Positions 34,887 through 44,311 of a DNA stretch of 55,101 nucleotides are shown here, in pieces. The DNA comes from Eubacteriales bacterium. Its GTDB lineage: Bacteria > Bacillota > Clostridia > Oscillospirales > SIG627. Position 1 is the first letter of the stretch. Each line of letters begins with the position of its first letter. Where the stretch lies: contig JAZOVP010000099.1 in the NCBI GenBank assembly GCA_045658765.1, positions 1-55,101 of the forward strand, read 5' to 3'. The translations under genes were made by a program, and so were the position numbers. The notes under the pieces were generated by a model that saw only the letters and a program-made list of their open reading frames with translations, did not search any database and was not told the DNA's origin.

Positions 34887-37040
34887 TTATTCCTTGATTC
34901 CTTTCATGGTCAAGCTGATTTTCTTTCGTTTTAAATCCACTCCCAAAACTGCAACCTTCACCGCATCGCCAACACTCACCACCTGAGAGGGGTGCTTCAC
35001 GAAGCGATCGGAAAGCTGAGAAATATGAACCAAACCATCTTGGTGCACTCCAATATCCACAAAAGCACCAAAATCACACACGTTGCGAACCACCCCTTGG
35101 TAAATCTGGCCTTCCTTTAAATCTTCCATTCCCAAAACATCATCTCGCAAAATGGGCTGGGCAAAATCATCGCGCATATCTCTGCCGGGTTTTTCGAGTT
35201 CGCGAATAATATCCGAAAGGGTGATCTCGCCGATTCCAAGTTCCTCCGCCAGTGTTTTTTTGCCCTCTTTTTCGCAAAGAGCGCCAAAGGCGGGAATTCC
35301 CGCGGCATCCAGTTTTTTCGGGTCAAAGCCGAATTTCTTCAAAAGTTTTTTCGCCGCGTCGTAGCTTTCAGGATGCACTCCTGTATTATCAAGCGGCTCT
35401 TTTCCGCCCGGAATTCTCAAAAATCCCGCGCACTGCTCAAATGCCTTATCGCCGATCTTGGGCACTTTCTTCACCTGCGAGCGGCTTTGGAATTCGCCGT
35501 TTTCCTCGCGATAGCGCACAATATTTTTTGCCGCGGCTTTTCCAATCCCCGCCACATAAGAAAGAAGCATATAGGAAGCGGTATTCAAATCCACCCCAAC
35601 AAGGTTCACGCATCCTTCCACCACGCCGCCCAAAGCTTCTTCCAGACGAGCGGGCTTCAAATCGTGCTGATATTGGCCAACTCCAATGCTTCGGGGCTCA
35701 ATTTTCACAAGCTCCGCCAAAGGATCCTGCAGGCGCCTTGCAATGGAAACCGCGCTTCTTAAAGTAACATCAAAATCAGGAAATTCTTCCGCACCCAAAG
35801 GCGAAGCGGAATAAACCGAAGCGCCCGATTCGGAAACCATGGTGTATTTCACGGGAAGATTGTTTCTCTTGATCACACCCGCAATAAAAATCTCGCTTTC
35901 CTTCGAAGCGGTTCCGTTTCCGATGGCAATGGTATCCACTCCCCATTTGGAAACAAGCGAAAGCACTTTCTTTTCCGCCTCTTCCACTCTTTCGAACGGC
36001 TTTGTGGGGTAAATCACTCCCGTATCCTTCACTTTGCCCGTGGGATCCACCACCGCAAGCTTGCAGCCCGTGCGGTAGCCGGGATCGTATCCGAGCACGG
36101 TTTTTCCTTTAATGGGAGGGCAAAGAAGCAAATTCTTTAGATTATCGGAAAATAAAATCAAGGCCTTTTCGCCCGCATCGTCGGTGAGCGCCGTGCGAAT
36201 CTCGCGCTCAAGCGAGGGGAAAATGAGGCGGCGATAACTATCGTCGATCGCCTTATCCATATAGGAAGCATAGGTGGAAGAAGGATCCACCAAGCGGTTT
36301 TGCAAGAAAAGAAGCGGCAAATATTCGCCCATCTCAAGCGAAACCTTCAAAACCTCTTCCTTTTCGCCGCGATTGGCAGCAAGAATTCGATGGGAAGGAA
36401 TTTTAGAAATTTCCTGCGAGAAGTTTTCATACATTCCGAAAACCCCAATTTCCGCGCCTTCCATAAGCGAGGTAGAAAATTTTCCTTCGCGGAAAAACAT
36501 TTTTCGAAGTTCTCCGCGAATGGCGGCATCATCGGAAATATCCTCCGCAATAATATCAAGCGCTCCCTGAATGGCTTCTTCCTCAGTGGCAACGCCCTTT
36601 TCCTCAGAAAGATAGCCCTGTGCCAAAATCGGAAGTTCTTCTCCTTTTCCTTGCGCGAAGATGATTTCGGCAAGGCCTTCGAGTCCCTTTTCTCTTGCCA
36701 CCGAAGCACGGGTTTTGCGCTTCGGGCGGAAAGGACGGTAAATATCCTCAATTTCAGCAAGAATGGAAGCATTTTCAAGGGAAAGCGAAATCTCTTCCGT
36801 CATCTTGCCCATTTCTTCAATCGCGCATCTCACTTCTTCTCTGCGCTTCTCAAGTCCGCGCAAATATTCGAGGCGGTCGGCAAAACGGCGCAAGGTAACA
36901 TCGTCCATCGCGCCCGTTTTTTCTTTGCGGTAGCGCGCAATAAAGGGGATGGTGTTGCCCGCGTCGAGCAGTTCAATCACATTCTCGATTCGCTCTTCGG
37001 AAAGAGTAAGTTCTGCAGATAAAGTTTTGATGATGTCCAT
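34887..37040 (-). CDS. tex: Tex-like transcription accessory protein (YqgF/HhH/S1 domains)
   Basis: IPFIARYRKE motif and a C-terminal S1 domain (GVVRNVCDFGAFVDIGVHQDGLVHIS). Start reset from TTG 37055 to ATG 37040. Confidence 0.9.
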   Translation of the reverse strand: MDIIKTLSAELTLSEERIENVIELLDAGNTIPFIARYRKEKTGAMDDVTLRRFADRLEYLRGLEKRREEVRCAIEEMGKMTEEISLSLENASILAEIEDIYRPFRPKRKTRASVAREKGLEGLAEIIFAQGKGEELPILAQGYLSEEKGVATEEEAIQGALDIIAEDISDDAAIRGELRKMFFREGKFSTSLMEGAEIGVFGMYENFSQEISKIPSHRILAANRGEKEEVLKVSLEMGEYLPLLFLQNRLVDPSSTYASYMDKAIDDSYRRLIFPSLEREIRTALTDDAGEKALILFSDNLKNLLLCPPIKGKTVLGYDPGYRTGCKLAVVDPTGKVKDTGVIYPTKPFERVEEAEKKVLSLVSKWGVDTIAIGNGTASKESEIFIAGVIKRNNLPVKYTMVSESGASVYSASPLGAEEFPDFDVTLRSAVSIARRLQDPLAELVKIEPRSIGVGQYQHDLKPARLEEALGGVVEGCVNLVGVDLNTASYMLLSYVAGIGKAAAKNIVRYREENGEFQSRSQVKKVPKIGDKAFEQCAGFLRIPGGKEPLDNTGVHPESYDAAKKLLKKFGFDPKKLDAAGIPAFGALCEKEGKKTLAEELGIGEITLSDIIRELEKPGRDMRDDFAQPILRDDVLGMEDLKEGQIYQGVVRNVCDFGAFVDIGVHQDGLVHISQLSDRFVKHPSQVVSVGDAVKVAVLGVDLKRKKISLTMKGIKE

Positions 37041-37076
37041 TTTTTGTCCTTTCAAAAAGGGATTTTCTTCCTTTAT

Positions 37077-37105
37077 ATTTTAACTTGAATTCTTCAAATT
37101 TTCAA
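37077..37105 (-). promoter_or_regulatory. Sigma-A type promoter of tex and the AI-2E transporter gene
   Basis: On the minus strand: TTGAAA, 17 nt, TAAAAT. Confidence 0.5.
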
Positions 37106-37174
37106 GAAAAAGTTTTGAAAAACCGCCCTTTTCCATTCTCTTTTGCAAAAAAATAAAAAAATTTGAAAAAGGTC

Positions 37175-37203
37175 TTGACAAAGTGGTATCTTAGTGCTAT
37201 CAT
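37175..37203 (+). promoter_or_regulatory. Sigma-A type promoter of the amino-acid ABC transporter operon
   Basis: TTGACA, 17 nt, TATCAT. Confidence 0.6.
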
Positions 37204-37261
37204 ACCTTTACCGCTTTATCACGCTAAATTGATAAAGAACCAAAAAAAGGAGATTAGAAAA

Positions 37262-38080
37262 ATGAAAAAACTTCTTGCATTCGTACTTGCCGCTATGATG
37301 CTTCTTTGCCTTGCATCTTGCGCCAATCAAGCACCCGCAACCGAAACCGCCGATGCCGATGAAAAAATCGCTGTGATCGGCTATACCATCTATGAGCCGA
37401 TGAACTATGAAGAAAACGGCGAACTCGTTGGCTTCGATACCGAGCTTGCCAAAGCCGTATTCGAAAAGCTTGGCTATAAGCCCGTGTTTAAGCTCATCGA
37501 TTGGGATCAGAAATATACCGAGCTCAATGCCGGCACCATCACCTGCATCTGGAATGGCTTCACCGCCAACACTTCCGACGACGACGGCGTTGCCCGTGCC
37601 GATAAGGTTGATTTTTCCTATAACTATATGGGCAATAAGCAGGTAATCGTTGCCAAAAGCGATCTTGCAAAATCCATTGCCGATACCGCTTCTCTTTCCG
37701 GCAAAGTAGGCGCTGTGGAATCCAGCTCCGCCGGCGATACTTATCTTACCAAAACCCTCACCGGCGCTATCAAAAAAGGCGTTACCTCTCAGCTCGATGC
37801 CATGAAAGAACTCAGCATGGGCGCTGTGGATTTCGTTGTGGTGGATGAACAGCTCGCCAAAGCATATGTTGGCAAAGGCGACTATGCTTCCTTTGAAATC
37901 GCAGAAAATGTATATAGCGATGCTGAATACTATGCAATCGGTTTCAAGAAGGGTTCTGATCTCACCGCAAAGGTAAACACCGCTCTGGAAGAACTCGCTG
38001 CCGACGGCACCATCACCAAACTTGCTCAGAAATACGATGTTGTGAATACCACCATCATCGATTTTGCCGATCAGAAATAA
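37262..38080 (+). CDS. Amino-acid ABC transporter substrate-binding lipoprotein
   Basis: MKKLLAFVLAAMMLLCLASC lipobox; type 3 periplasmic-binding-protein-like body; AAGGAGA RBS. The ORF-track extension is rejected. Confidence 0.8.
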   Translation: MKKLLAFVLAAMMLLCLASCANQAPATETADADEKIAVIGYTIYEPMNYEENGELVGFDTELAKAVFEKLGYKPVFKLIDWDQKYTELNAGTITCIWNGFTANTSDDDGVARADKVDFSYNYMGNKQVIVAKSDLAKSIADTASLSGKVGAVESSSAGDTYLTKTLTGAIKKGVTSQLDAMKELSMGAVDFVVVDEQLAKAYVGKGDYASFEIAENVYSDAEYYAIGFKKGSDLTAKVNTALEELAADGTITKLAQKYDVVNTTIIDFADQK

Positions 38081-38164
38081 TCGGAATTTAAAAACACAAA
38101 ATGAAAACTGTGCAAGGCGAAAAATTCGCCTTGCCGTTTTCTGTCTTTTGGAAAAGGAAAAAAT

Positions 38165-38881
38165 ATGCAATTTTTATCAATCACGCAAGATCTTTTGCAG
38201 GGCTTTGGCATCACTTGCCTTCTGTTTGCCCTCACCTTGGTCTTTGCCATTCCGCTCGGACTCTTGTTTTCATTTTGCTCGATGAGCAAAATGAAACTCT
38301 TAAAAGCCCCCACCCGCACCTTCATCTGGATCATTCGCGGCATTCCGCTTATGCTCTTTATTTTTGTAATCTATTATCTGCCCTCCCTTTTGGCCGATGG
38401 AAATTCTTCCTTGAATATTTTCAATACCATCGATTTGAAAATGACCGTTGCCGCAGGAAGCAATGAGCTTTTATGGCAGGGAAGATTCTTGGCAGTTTTG
38501 ATCGCATTTGTGATCAATTATGCCTGCTATTTTTCCGAAATTTTCCGCGGCGGAATCGAAAGTGTTTCGCTCGGGCAGTATGAAGCGGGCTATGTTTTGG
38601 GGCTCACCAAAGGTCAGGTCTTCTTTAAAATTGTTTTAAAGCAGGTGATCAAGCGCATTGTTCCCGCCCTTTCCAATGAAATCATCACCCTCGTGAAAGA
38701 TACCGCTCTTGCCAATGCCATCGCCATTCCCGAAATCATCAAATGCGCCAAGGATATGGCTTCTTCTCAGGCACTCATCTGGCCGCTTTTCTATACGGCG
38801 GTATTCTATCTTTTGTTTGTGGGAATTTTAACTGTCGTACTCGGCAGAGTCGAAAAGAAACTTTCCTATTTCAAGGCATAA
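38165..38881 (+). CDS. Amino-acid ABC transporter permease (His/Glu/Gln/Arg family)
   Basis: Polytopic protein. The EAA-like loop ([24 protein letters not shown]) is typical of polar amino-acid permeases. Confidence 0.85.
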   Translation: MQFLSITQDLLQGFGITCLLFALTLVFAIPLGLLFSFCSMSKMKLLKAPTRTFIWIIRGIPLMLFIFVIYYLPSLLADGNSSLNIFNTIDLKMTVAAGSNELLWQGRFLAVLIAFVINYACYFSEIFRGGIESVSLGQYEAGYVLGLTKGQVFFKIVLKQVIKRIVPALSNEIITLVKDTALANAIAIPEIIKCAKDMASSQALIWPLFYTAVFYLLFVGILTVVLGRVEKKLSYFKA

Positions 38882-38891
38882 GGAGGGTGTT

Positions 38892-39671
38892 ATGGCATAT
38901 TTTGAAGTCAAAAATGTATCCAAAAGCTTCGGCAAAACCGAAGTGCTGAAGGGAATTGATTTTTCGATGGAAAAAGGGCAGGTGCTTTCGATCATCGGCT
39001 CTTCCGGAAGCGGAAAAACCACCCTGCTTCGCGCCATCAATTTTCTTTGCGAACCCGATTCGGGCGAATTTTACCTCGAAGGCGAGCGCTTTTTCGAGGC
39101 AGCGGAGCTGGAAGCGCTTTCCGATTCCGAAATCCGCGCAAAAAGAATGAATTTCGGGCTTGTTTTTCAGCAGTTCAATCTATTTCCGCAATATAGCGTG
39201 AAAGAAAATCTTTGCCTCGCTCCGCGCCTGTTGGCAAAAGAAAGAAAAGATTATAAAGAAAAGAAAAAAGAAATCCTTGCCGAAATCTCTGCCCATGCAG
39301 ATGAACTTTTAGAGCAAGTGGGGCTCACCGATAAAGCCGCCAATTATCCGTGCGAGCTTTCGGGCGGTCAGCAGCAAAGAGTTGCGATTGCCCGCGCCTT
39401 AATGCTCTCGCCGAAAATCCTTTGCTTCGATGAACCCACCAGCGCCCTCGATCCCGAGCTCACGGGCGAGGTGCTCAAGGTTTTGCGCGAGCTTGCCGAA
39501 AAAAATATCACCATGATCATCGTAACCCATGAAATGGGCTTTGCGCGCGAGATCAGCGATAAGGTGATCTTTATGGCAGATGGAGTCATCGCCGAAGAGG
39601 GCGATCCCGCGGAAGTATTTTTAAATCCCAAATCTCCTCGCTTAAAGGCGTTTTTATCCAAAACCGAATAA
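38892..39671 (+). CDS. Amino-acid ABC transporter ATP-binding protein
   Basis: Walker [10 protein letters not shown], signature [15 protein letters not shown], Walker [13 protein letters not shown]. Confidence 0.9.
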   Translation: MAYFEVKNVSKSFGKTEVLKGIDFSMEKGQVLSIIGSSGSGKTTLLRAINFLCEPDSGEFYLEGERFFEAAELEALSDSEIRAKRMNFGLVFQQFNLFPQYSVKENLCLAPRLLAKERKDYKEKKKEILAEISAHADELLEQVGLTDKAANYPCELSGGQQQRVAIARALMLSPKILCFDEPTSALDPELTGEVLKVLRELAEKNITMIIVTHEMGFAREISDKVIFMADGVIAEEGDPAEVFLNPKSPRLKAFLSKTE

Positions 39672-39677
39672 AAAGAA

Positions 39678-39712
39678 AACAGCAGATCATTTGATCTGCT
39701 GTTTTGTTTTTT
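39678..39712. terminator. Bidirectional rho-independent terminator
   Basis: AACAGCAGATCA-tt-TGATCTGCTGTT followed by TTGTTTTTTT. Confidence 0.75.
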
Positions 39713-39719
39713 TGCTTTT

Positions 39720-41603
39720 TTATTTTTCCAAAAGGAAGGGGCAGTATCCGCGGATTTCGGGAAGGGTGATCACGGTTCTGCCGTTTTCGATGCGGGATTC
39801 CACAGGAGTTTTTTCGGGAATGATCGAAACCTGCTTGTATTCTCCTGCCAAAGAAACTTCGTATCCTGCAGGAAGCGGAGTGTGCTCGTTGATCACACCG
39901 CGCTTTGCCCAGTGCTCGGGAATCGAGGTTTTGATCATCAAAAGATCGCCCCCGTTTCCTTCCAGAAGGGTGGCACGGCTCGTGGCGGGAAGATCGGAAA
40001 TCAAAAGCGGATCGGGAAGAAGGGTTTTTAAAAGATCTTCCACAAGGCGGCGGTGGAACAAAGCGCCGAATTCCATATATGCTTCAAAAATGCAGAAGCC
40101 GATATGGGCGCATTTGCCTTTCATTGCCACTGCGCTGTATTCGGTAACTCCTTTCGGGGGAGCATAGAAATAACCGTGCTCACCGTCGAAGTGGCGATCA
40201 CAAAAACCATCCACATAAGGAGCGATGGAAGATTTGGATTTCATCTTCACGCCTGCAAATTTACCGCCAAGCCATTCGGAACCGTATTCATAGAAGGGAT
40301 CGGTTGCGGTATCGTTTTCAAACGAGGTGATAAAACTCCAGGGCTTTCCTTTGGCAATGCTCTTGCCGGTGGAAAGAATGCTGCCCTTGAAGGCAGAAAG
40401 CTTCTTCTGAAGCTCGGGAGTGATGCGAATATAATCGGGAAGAATCAAAAGGCGATAGGGCGAAAAATCCATTTCTTCATTCACAATGTCATACTGGATT
40501 TTCATTTCCGAAAGCATTCTGGCAACGCCCTTATCGGAATTCTTTACGGGCTTTTTCACTTCGTTTAAGGTGAGAATGTTGCGAAGCACGGCAACATCGG
40601 TTTTTGCCTTGCTCGGATAGGTCCACTGTTCAAGCTTTTCCACCCATTCGTAAATCTCGGTAACATCGCGGTAAAGCGCTTTATCAAGTCCGGTGGTGGG
40701 ATGCATCATATCGCCCACAGAAGGCACAAAGCCATACATCAAAGCGTCAAACACATCGGTTTCCAGAGCCGCGCGGGATTTGTTGCCCGCAAAATCGCCC
40801 CAGCCGCTCACCATTCTGCCCGTCATGTAAAGAAGATCTTTTCCTTTTGCGAGCATTCTCTGATAAGGTGCTTGGCAAGGCAAGAAATCGTAGCCCCAAA
40901 TGGAGGTGGGAAGGCACTCAAGTTCAGCGTGGCTGAGCTTGGAGTGAATGGGATCGAAGGGGAAGGAATTGAAGAAGGTGCGAATATCCTGCGGAATCAA
41001 TTCGCGCAGTTCTTCAAACACTTCATAATAAGTTTCCACGGTAAAGGCAAAAACAGCATCGTCGTTGGTATAATCAATGCCTCTTGCCTTCATTTTCTGA
41101 ATGCAGGCAGGGCAGTAGCATGCCTTCGGCAAAAACATATCCAAAAAGATTCCATCGGGCTTATAGGAAAGAATTTCCTCAATTTCTCTTTTCAAATAAT
41201 CGCGGTAGGGAGTATTGAAGCAAGGGATGCGGAAGGTATTTCTCGTAACGGGATCGCCTTCGTAAATCTGATTTTGCGCATTCACGCGGCAATAGCCGGG
41301 ATTGTGCAAAAGAAGCTCATGGTTGAGCCCTGCGTTGCAATAAGCGGTAACCTGAATGCCTCTTTTCTGAAGTGCCTCCAAGGTTTCGCCGAATAAATCT
41401 TTTTTAAGGCCCGGATACATCGTGCCGATTTTGGTGGGATAATAGGAAAAGCCAATGTTGCAGCGCGCGAAAATATTCACATAATCCACGTGCGCCTTTT
41501 CCAAGGTTTCGGCAATCTCTTCTCCGGTATAATCTTTTGCCATATCGGGAATGCCCGGCATGGTGTGAAAGTCAATATGCACAGCTCTTTTGATCGGTTT
41601 CAT
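39720..41603 (-). CDS. Putative glycoside hydrolase (GHL6-like TIM barrel with a beta-galactosidase-trimerisation-like domain)
   Basis: The N-terminus AVHIDFHTMPGIPD... is typical of the hypothetical glycosyl hydrolase 6 family. Start reset to ATG 41603, with a GAAGGAGG RBS. Confidence 0.5.
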   Translation of the reverse strand: MKPIKRAVHIDFHTMPGIPDMAKDYTGEEIAETLEKAHVDYVNIFARCNIGFSYYPTKIGTMYPGLKKDLFGETLEALQKRGIQVTAYCNAGLNHELLLHNPGYCRVNAQNQIYEGDPVTRNTFRIPCFNTPYRDYLKREIEEILSYKPDGIFLDMFLPKACYCPACIQKMKARGIDYTNDDAVFAFTVETYYEVFEELRELIPQDIRTFFNSFPFDPIHSKLSHAELECLPTSIWGYDFLPCQAPYQRMLAKGKDLLYMTGRMVSGWGDFAGNKSRAALETDVFDALMYGFVPSVGDMMHPTTGLDKALYRDVTEIYEWVEKLEQWTYPSKAKTDVAVLRNILTLNEVKKPVKNSDKGVARMLSEMKIQYDIVNEEMDFSPYRLLILPDYIRITPELQKKLSAFKGSILSTGKSIAKGKPWSFITSFENDTATDPFYEYGSEWLGGKFAGVKMKSKSSIAPYVDGFCDRHFDGEHGYFYAPPKGVTEYSAVAMKGKCAHIGFCIFEAYMEFGALFHRRLVEDLLKTLLPDPLLISDLPATSRATLLEGNGGDLLMIKTSIPEHWAKRGVINEHTPLPAGYEVSLAGEYKQVSIIPEKTPVESRIENGRTVITLPEIRGYCPFLLEK

Positions 41604-41699
41604 AAGAATACCTCCTTCTTCCCGCAAATTATACCATACCCCAAACCCGATTGCAAGCAAAAAAAAGGAGAAAGCGAACTTTTCTTGCAAAATCCGACC

Positions 41700-41728
41700 T
41701 TGACGAAAAAATGGGGCTGTGATAAGAT
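41700..41728 (+). promoter_or_regulatory. Sigma-A type promoter of nadE
   Basis: TTGACG, 17 nt, TAAGAT with a TGn extension. Confidence 0.5.
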
Positions 41729-41754
41729 GAAAAAAACGAATTCTGAGGATTACT

Positions 41755-42498
41755 ATGAGAAATTACGAAATAGAAACAAAAGAAAGAGTTGCCTTTATCC
41801 GCTCTCTTTTAGAAAAAAGCCGTGCGCGCGGCATTGTATTCGGCAATTCCGGCGGCAAAGATTGCGCACTGGTTGGCATTTTGTGCAAAATGGCATGTGA
41901 AAACACCGTCAGCGTGATGATGCCGTGTTCCTCTTCGGTGAATTTCGGCAAAGATATGGAAGATGCGATGGCGCTCTGCAAAGCGTTTTCCATCGAAAAC
42001 CGCACGGTGGATCTCACCGCCACCAAAGCCGAGCTTGTATCGGCGCTCGAGAAAGCGGCAGAGCTTAATTCTCAGGCGCTCACCAATATCGCTCCCCGCC
42101 TTCGTATGACCACCCTCTATGCCATCGGTGCCGCAGAAGGTCGCCTTGTGGCAGGCACGGGCAATCGAAGCGAGCGCTTTATGGGATATTTCACCAAATG
42201 GGGCGATGGCGGCCATGATTTCAATCCCATTTCCGATCTCACCGTTGGCGAAGTGTATGAATTCCTTCGCTATCTCGGCGCCCCCGCTTCCATCATCGAA
42301 AAAGCCCCCTCTGCAGGTCTTTTTGAAGGGCAAACCGATGAAAAAGAAATGGGAGTTACCTATGAAGCCATCGATCGCTTTGTTCTCACGGGCAAGGCAA
42401 GCGAAGAAGATCGCGCCATTATCGAGCGCTATCACGCGGCAAGCCGCCATAAGCTCTCTCCCATCCCCACTTTTGAAAATTGGAAAGAAGAAAAATAA
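41755..42498 (+). CDS. nadE: Ammonia-dependent NAD+ synthetase
   Basis: PP-loop GNSGGKDCALV; NadE-like body; 247 aa. Confidence 0.85.
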   Translation: MRNYEIETKERVAFIRSLLEKSRARGIVFGNSGGKDCALVGILCKMACENTVSVMMPCSSSVNFGKDMEDAMALCKAFSIENRTVDLTATKAELVSALEKAAELNSQALTNIAPRLRMTTLYAIGAAEGRLVAGTGNRSERFMGYFTKWGDGGHDFNPISDLTVGEVYEFLRYLGAPASIIEKAPSAGLFEGQTDEKEMGVTYEAIDRFVLTGKASEEDRAIIERYHAASRHKLSPIPTFENWKEEK

Positions 42499-42510
42499 GA
42501 ACCAAATCAA

Positions 42511-42545
42511 AAATGCCTCTGCAAAAGCAGAGGCATTTTCTTTTA
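42511..42545. terminator. Bidirectional rho-independent terminator
   Basis: ATGCCTCTGC-aaaa-GCAGAGGCAT followed by TTTTCTTTT. Confidence 0.75.
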
Positions 42546-43298
42546 AAAAGCATCGGGGTGAATATCGGAATTTTCTTTTGTTTCTTCGGGTTTGTTTTCC
42601 GCGGGGAAGCCGCCGAAGGGTGGCGGTGTGTAAAGCGGGGTGGAAAGCTTTTCGTTTGCATAAAGGAAAAGATCGGAAAGTGCCCAAAGCAAAAATCCAA
42701 GAAACACAGCGAAAAGATCAAATTCCGTTTGAAAATATCCGCTTGTTCTCGTTAAATTGGAAACCAAAGTCATGCAAATTGCGGGAACGGTGGCCTGCAC
42801 CATCAAAAAGATCCCCGCCGTGCGCAAATGCTTTGCCGCCATCGAATCAAAGGGGTTCTGGGCAAGCTTTAAAATCTTAAAAGCCCTTGCAAGGAAAAGA
42901 TAAAGGGAAAAACCAAGAATCATTTCCACAAACGAAGGAATCATCGAAAGCGCAAACACGCGATTTTCCATTGTAAATGCAGGCACCGTTTCCTTCACTT
43001 CAATGCCCTCATCGGAAACCACCGCGTTATCGGGAAGTTCGCCTTGAAGCTCGTCTTTGAGTTCTTCTTCGATTTCCGCATACAGTTCGGGCCATTCTTT
43101 TCCCATTAAACGCTTCAGATTCACCTTCACATCCACCGCAACGGTAGAATCGATCGAGAAGGTGTTTTGAGGAAGTGCCACGAAGTAAAAAATTCCGAAT
43201 AAAAGCCCAATCGCGCCAATGCAGGAAAGCACGCGAATGATCGAAAAAAGCACGTGCGCCCAAGAGCAAACCGAACGGAAAAATCTTAAATCTTTCAT
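42543..43298 (-). CDS. Hypothetical membrane protein (DUF2975-like topology)
   Basis: Several TM segments; ATGA overlap with the upstream DUF218 gene. Confidence 0.55.
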   Translation of the reverse strand: MKDLRFFRSVCSWAHVLFSIIRVLSCIGAIGLLFGIFYFVALPQNTFSIDSTVAVDVKVNLKRLMGKEWPELYAEIEEELKDELQGELPDNAVVSDEGIEVKETVPAFTMENRVFALSMIPSFVEMILGFSLYLFLARAFKILKLAQNPFDSMAAKHLRTAGIFLMVQATVPAICMTLVSNLTRTSGYFQTEFDLFAVFLGFLLWALSDLFLYANEKLSTPLYTPPPFGGFPAENKPEETKENSDIHPDAF

Positions 43299-44035
43299 TT
43301 TTTTGCCTCCGAATTTTGGTTTATTTTAATTCTGCCGTGCAAGAAGTCCACCGAAAAGGTAAAAAACTCACGAATGAATAAATGCGGCAGAAAAAAGTGC
43401 GGGTTTTTCGCGCCCAAAAAGAAAATCGGGCAAGGGGGATTTGTGGAACGGGCAGTCATCTCTGCGCGGAAAAGGTGAAAGGAACTGGTAATCACCGCGG
43501 CGCGTTTTGTGCCCTCGGGAAAAAGGGAAAAAGAAAAAATAAAATTCTCTTTCGTGGTGCGGCTCTTTTCTTCCAAAAGAATCCGCTCTTCTTTGATCCC
43601 GCGCGCTTTTATATGTTTTTTTAAAGTAGCGGCTTCCGATTCGGTTTCACCGAAAACCTGCCCTCCCGAAAGAAGGCATTTGGCCTCGGGATTTGCTTTC
43701 AAAATCCTCTCGCCCAAATCCACTCGCGCCTCAAGGATCGATTCGGGCTGTGTGCCGTCGCACCGAGCCCCCAGAATCAAAACCAAATCCACTTCTCTCG
43801 GCTCCTCTTTATTTTTTCTTCTCCAAAAAAGAAAAAAGAGAAAAAGAAGAAAGAAAAAGAGTGCCAAAGGCGCGGCAAAAAGGATAAAAAATCCCTTTGT
43901 GTGAAAAAGGAAAATGCAGTAGATCCCAAGCAGTCCCCAAAAATATAAAATGGAAGATCGCGGGGAAAACCGCACCGTCAAAACAAGGTGGTAAAGGGCA
44001 AAAATAAGCCCCAAAATCAAAAGGAAAATTTTCAT
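43295..44035 (-). CDS. YdcF/ElyC-like DUF218 domain membrane protein
   Basis: N-terminal TM segments, then LVLILGARCDG...LLSGGQVFGETESEA...TTKENF, typical of DUF218. GGAAGGAGAA RBS. Confidence 0.7.
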   Translation of the reverse strand: MKIFLLILGLIFALYHLVLTVRFSPRSSILYFWGLLGIYCIFLFHTKGFFILFAAPLALFFFLLFLFFLFWRRKNKEEPREVDLVLILGARCDGTQPESILEARVDLGERILKANPEAKCLLSGGQVFGETESEAATLKKHIKARGIKEERILLEEKSRTTKENFIFSFSLFPEGTKRAAVITSSFHLFRAEMTARSTNPPCPIFFLGAKNPHFFLPHLFIREFFTFSVDFLHGRIKINQNSEAKK

Positions 44036-44062
44036 CTTTTCTCCTTCCTTTCGCTTTTATTA

Positions 44063-44091
44063 TATCCCCCTTTTCTTTTTCCGTCAAGAAA
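44063..44091 (-). promoter_or_regulatory. Sigma-A type promoter of the DUF218 operon
   Basis: On the minus strand: TTGACG, 17 nt, TATAAT. Confidence 0.6.
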
Positions 44092-44115
44092 AAGAAGCGG
44101 AATGAAGTCGGCGGC

Positions 44116-44144
44116 TTGACAAAAAAGCACTCTTTGCCTATAAT
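44116..44144 (+). promoter_or_regulatory. Sigma-A type promoter of the CDF transporter gene
   Basis: TTGACA, 17 nt, TATAAT (perfect consensus), about 165 nt upstream of the start codon. Confidence 0.7.
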
Positions 44145-44150
44145 AAGAAA

Positions 44151-44299
44151 ACTCACTCAAACCAATCCAAACTGATCAGGCCAAACGGAGCCGGGTTACG
44201 ATTTGTAACAGTGGATTTTGTATCCGCGGGACAGAAAACTGTTTCCACGGGTATTTTTTTATACATTTTTTTCTTTCTTCCGCATATCATTCCATAGAA
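44151..44299 (+). promoter_or_regulatory. Long structured 5' leader of the CDF transporter; candidate metal-responsive riboswitch or attenuator, class unassigned
   Basis: Three consecutive hairpins: GTTAC-gattt-GTAAC, GTGGAT-tttgt-ATCCGC and GGGACAG-aaaa-CTGTTTC. They are followed by CCACGGGTATTTTTTTATACATTTTTTTC. Confidence 0.3.
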
Positions 44300-44311
44300 T
44301 TGGAGGAATCT

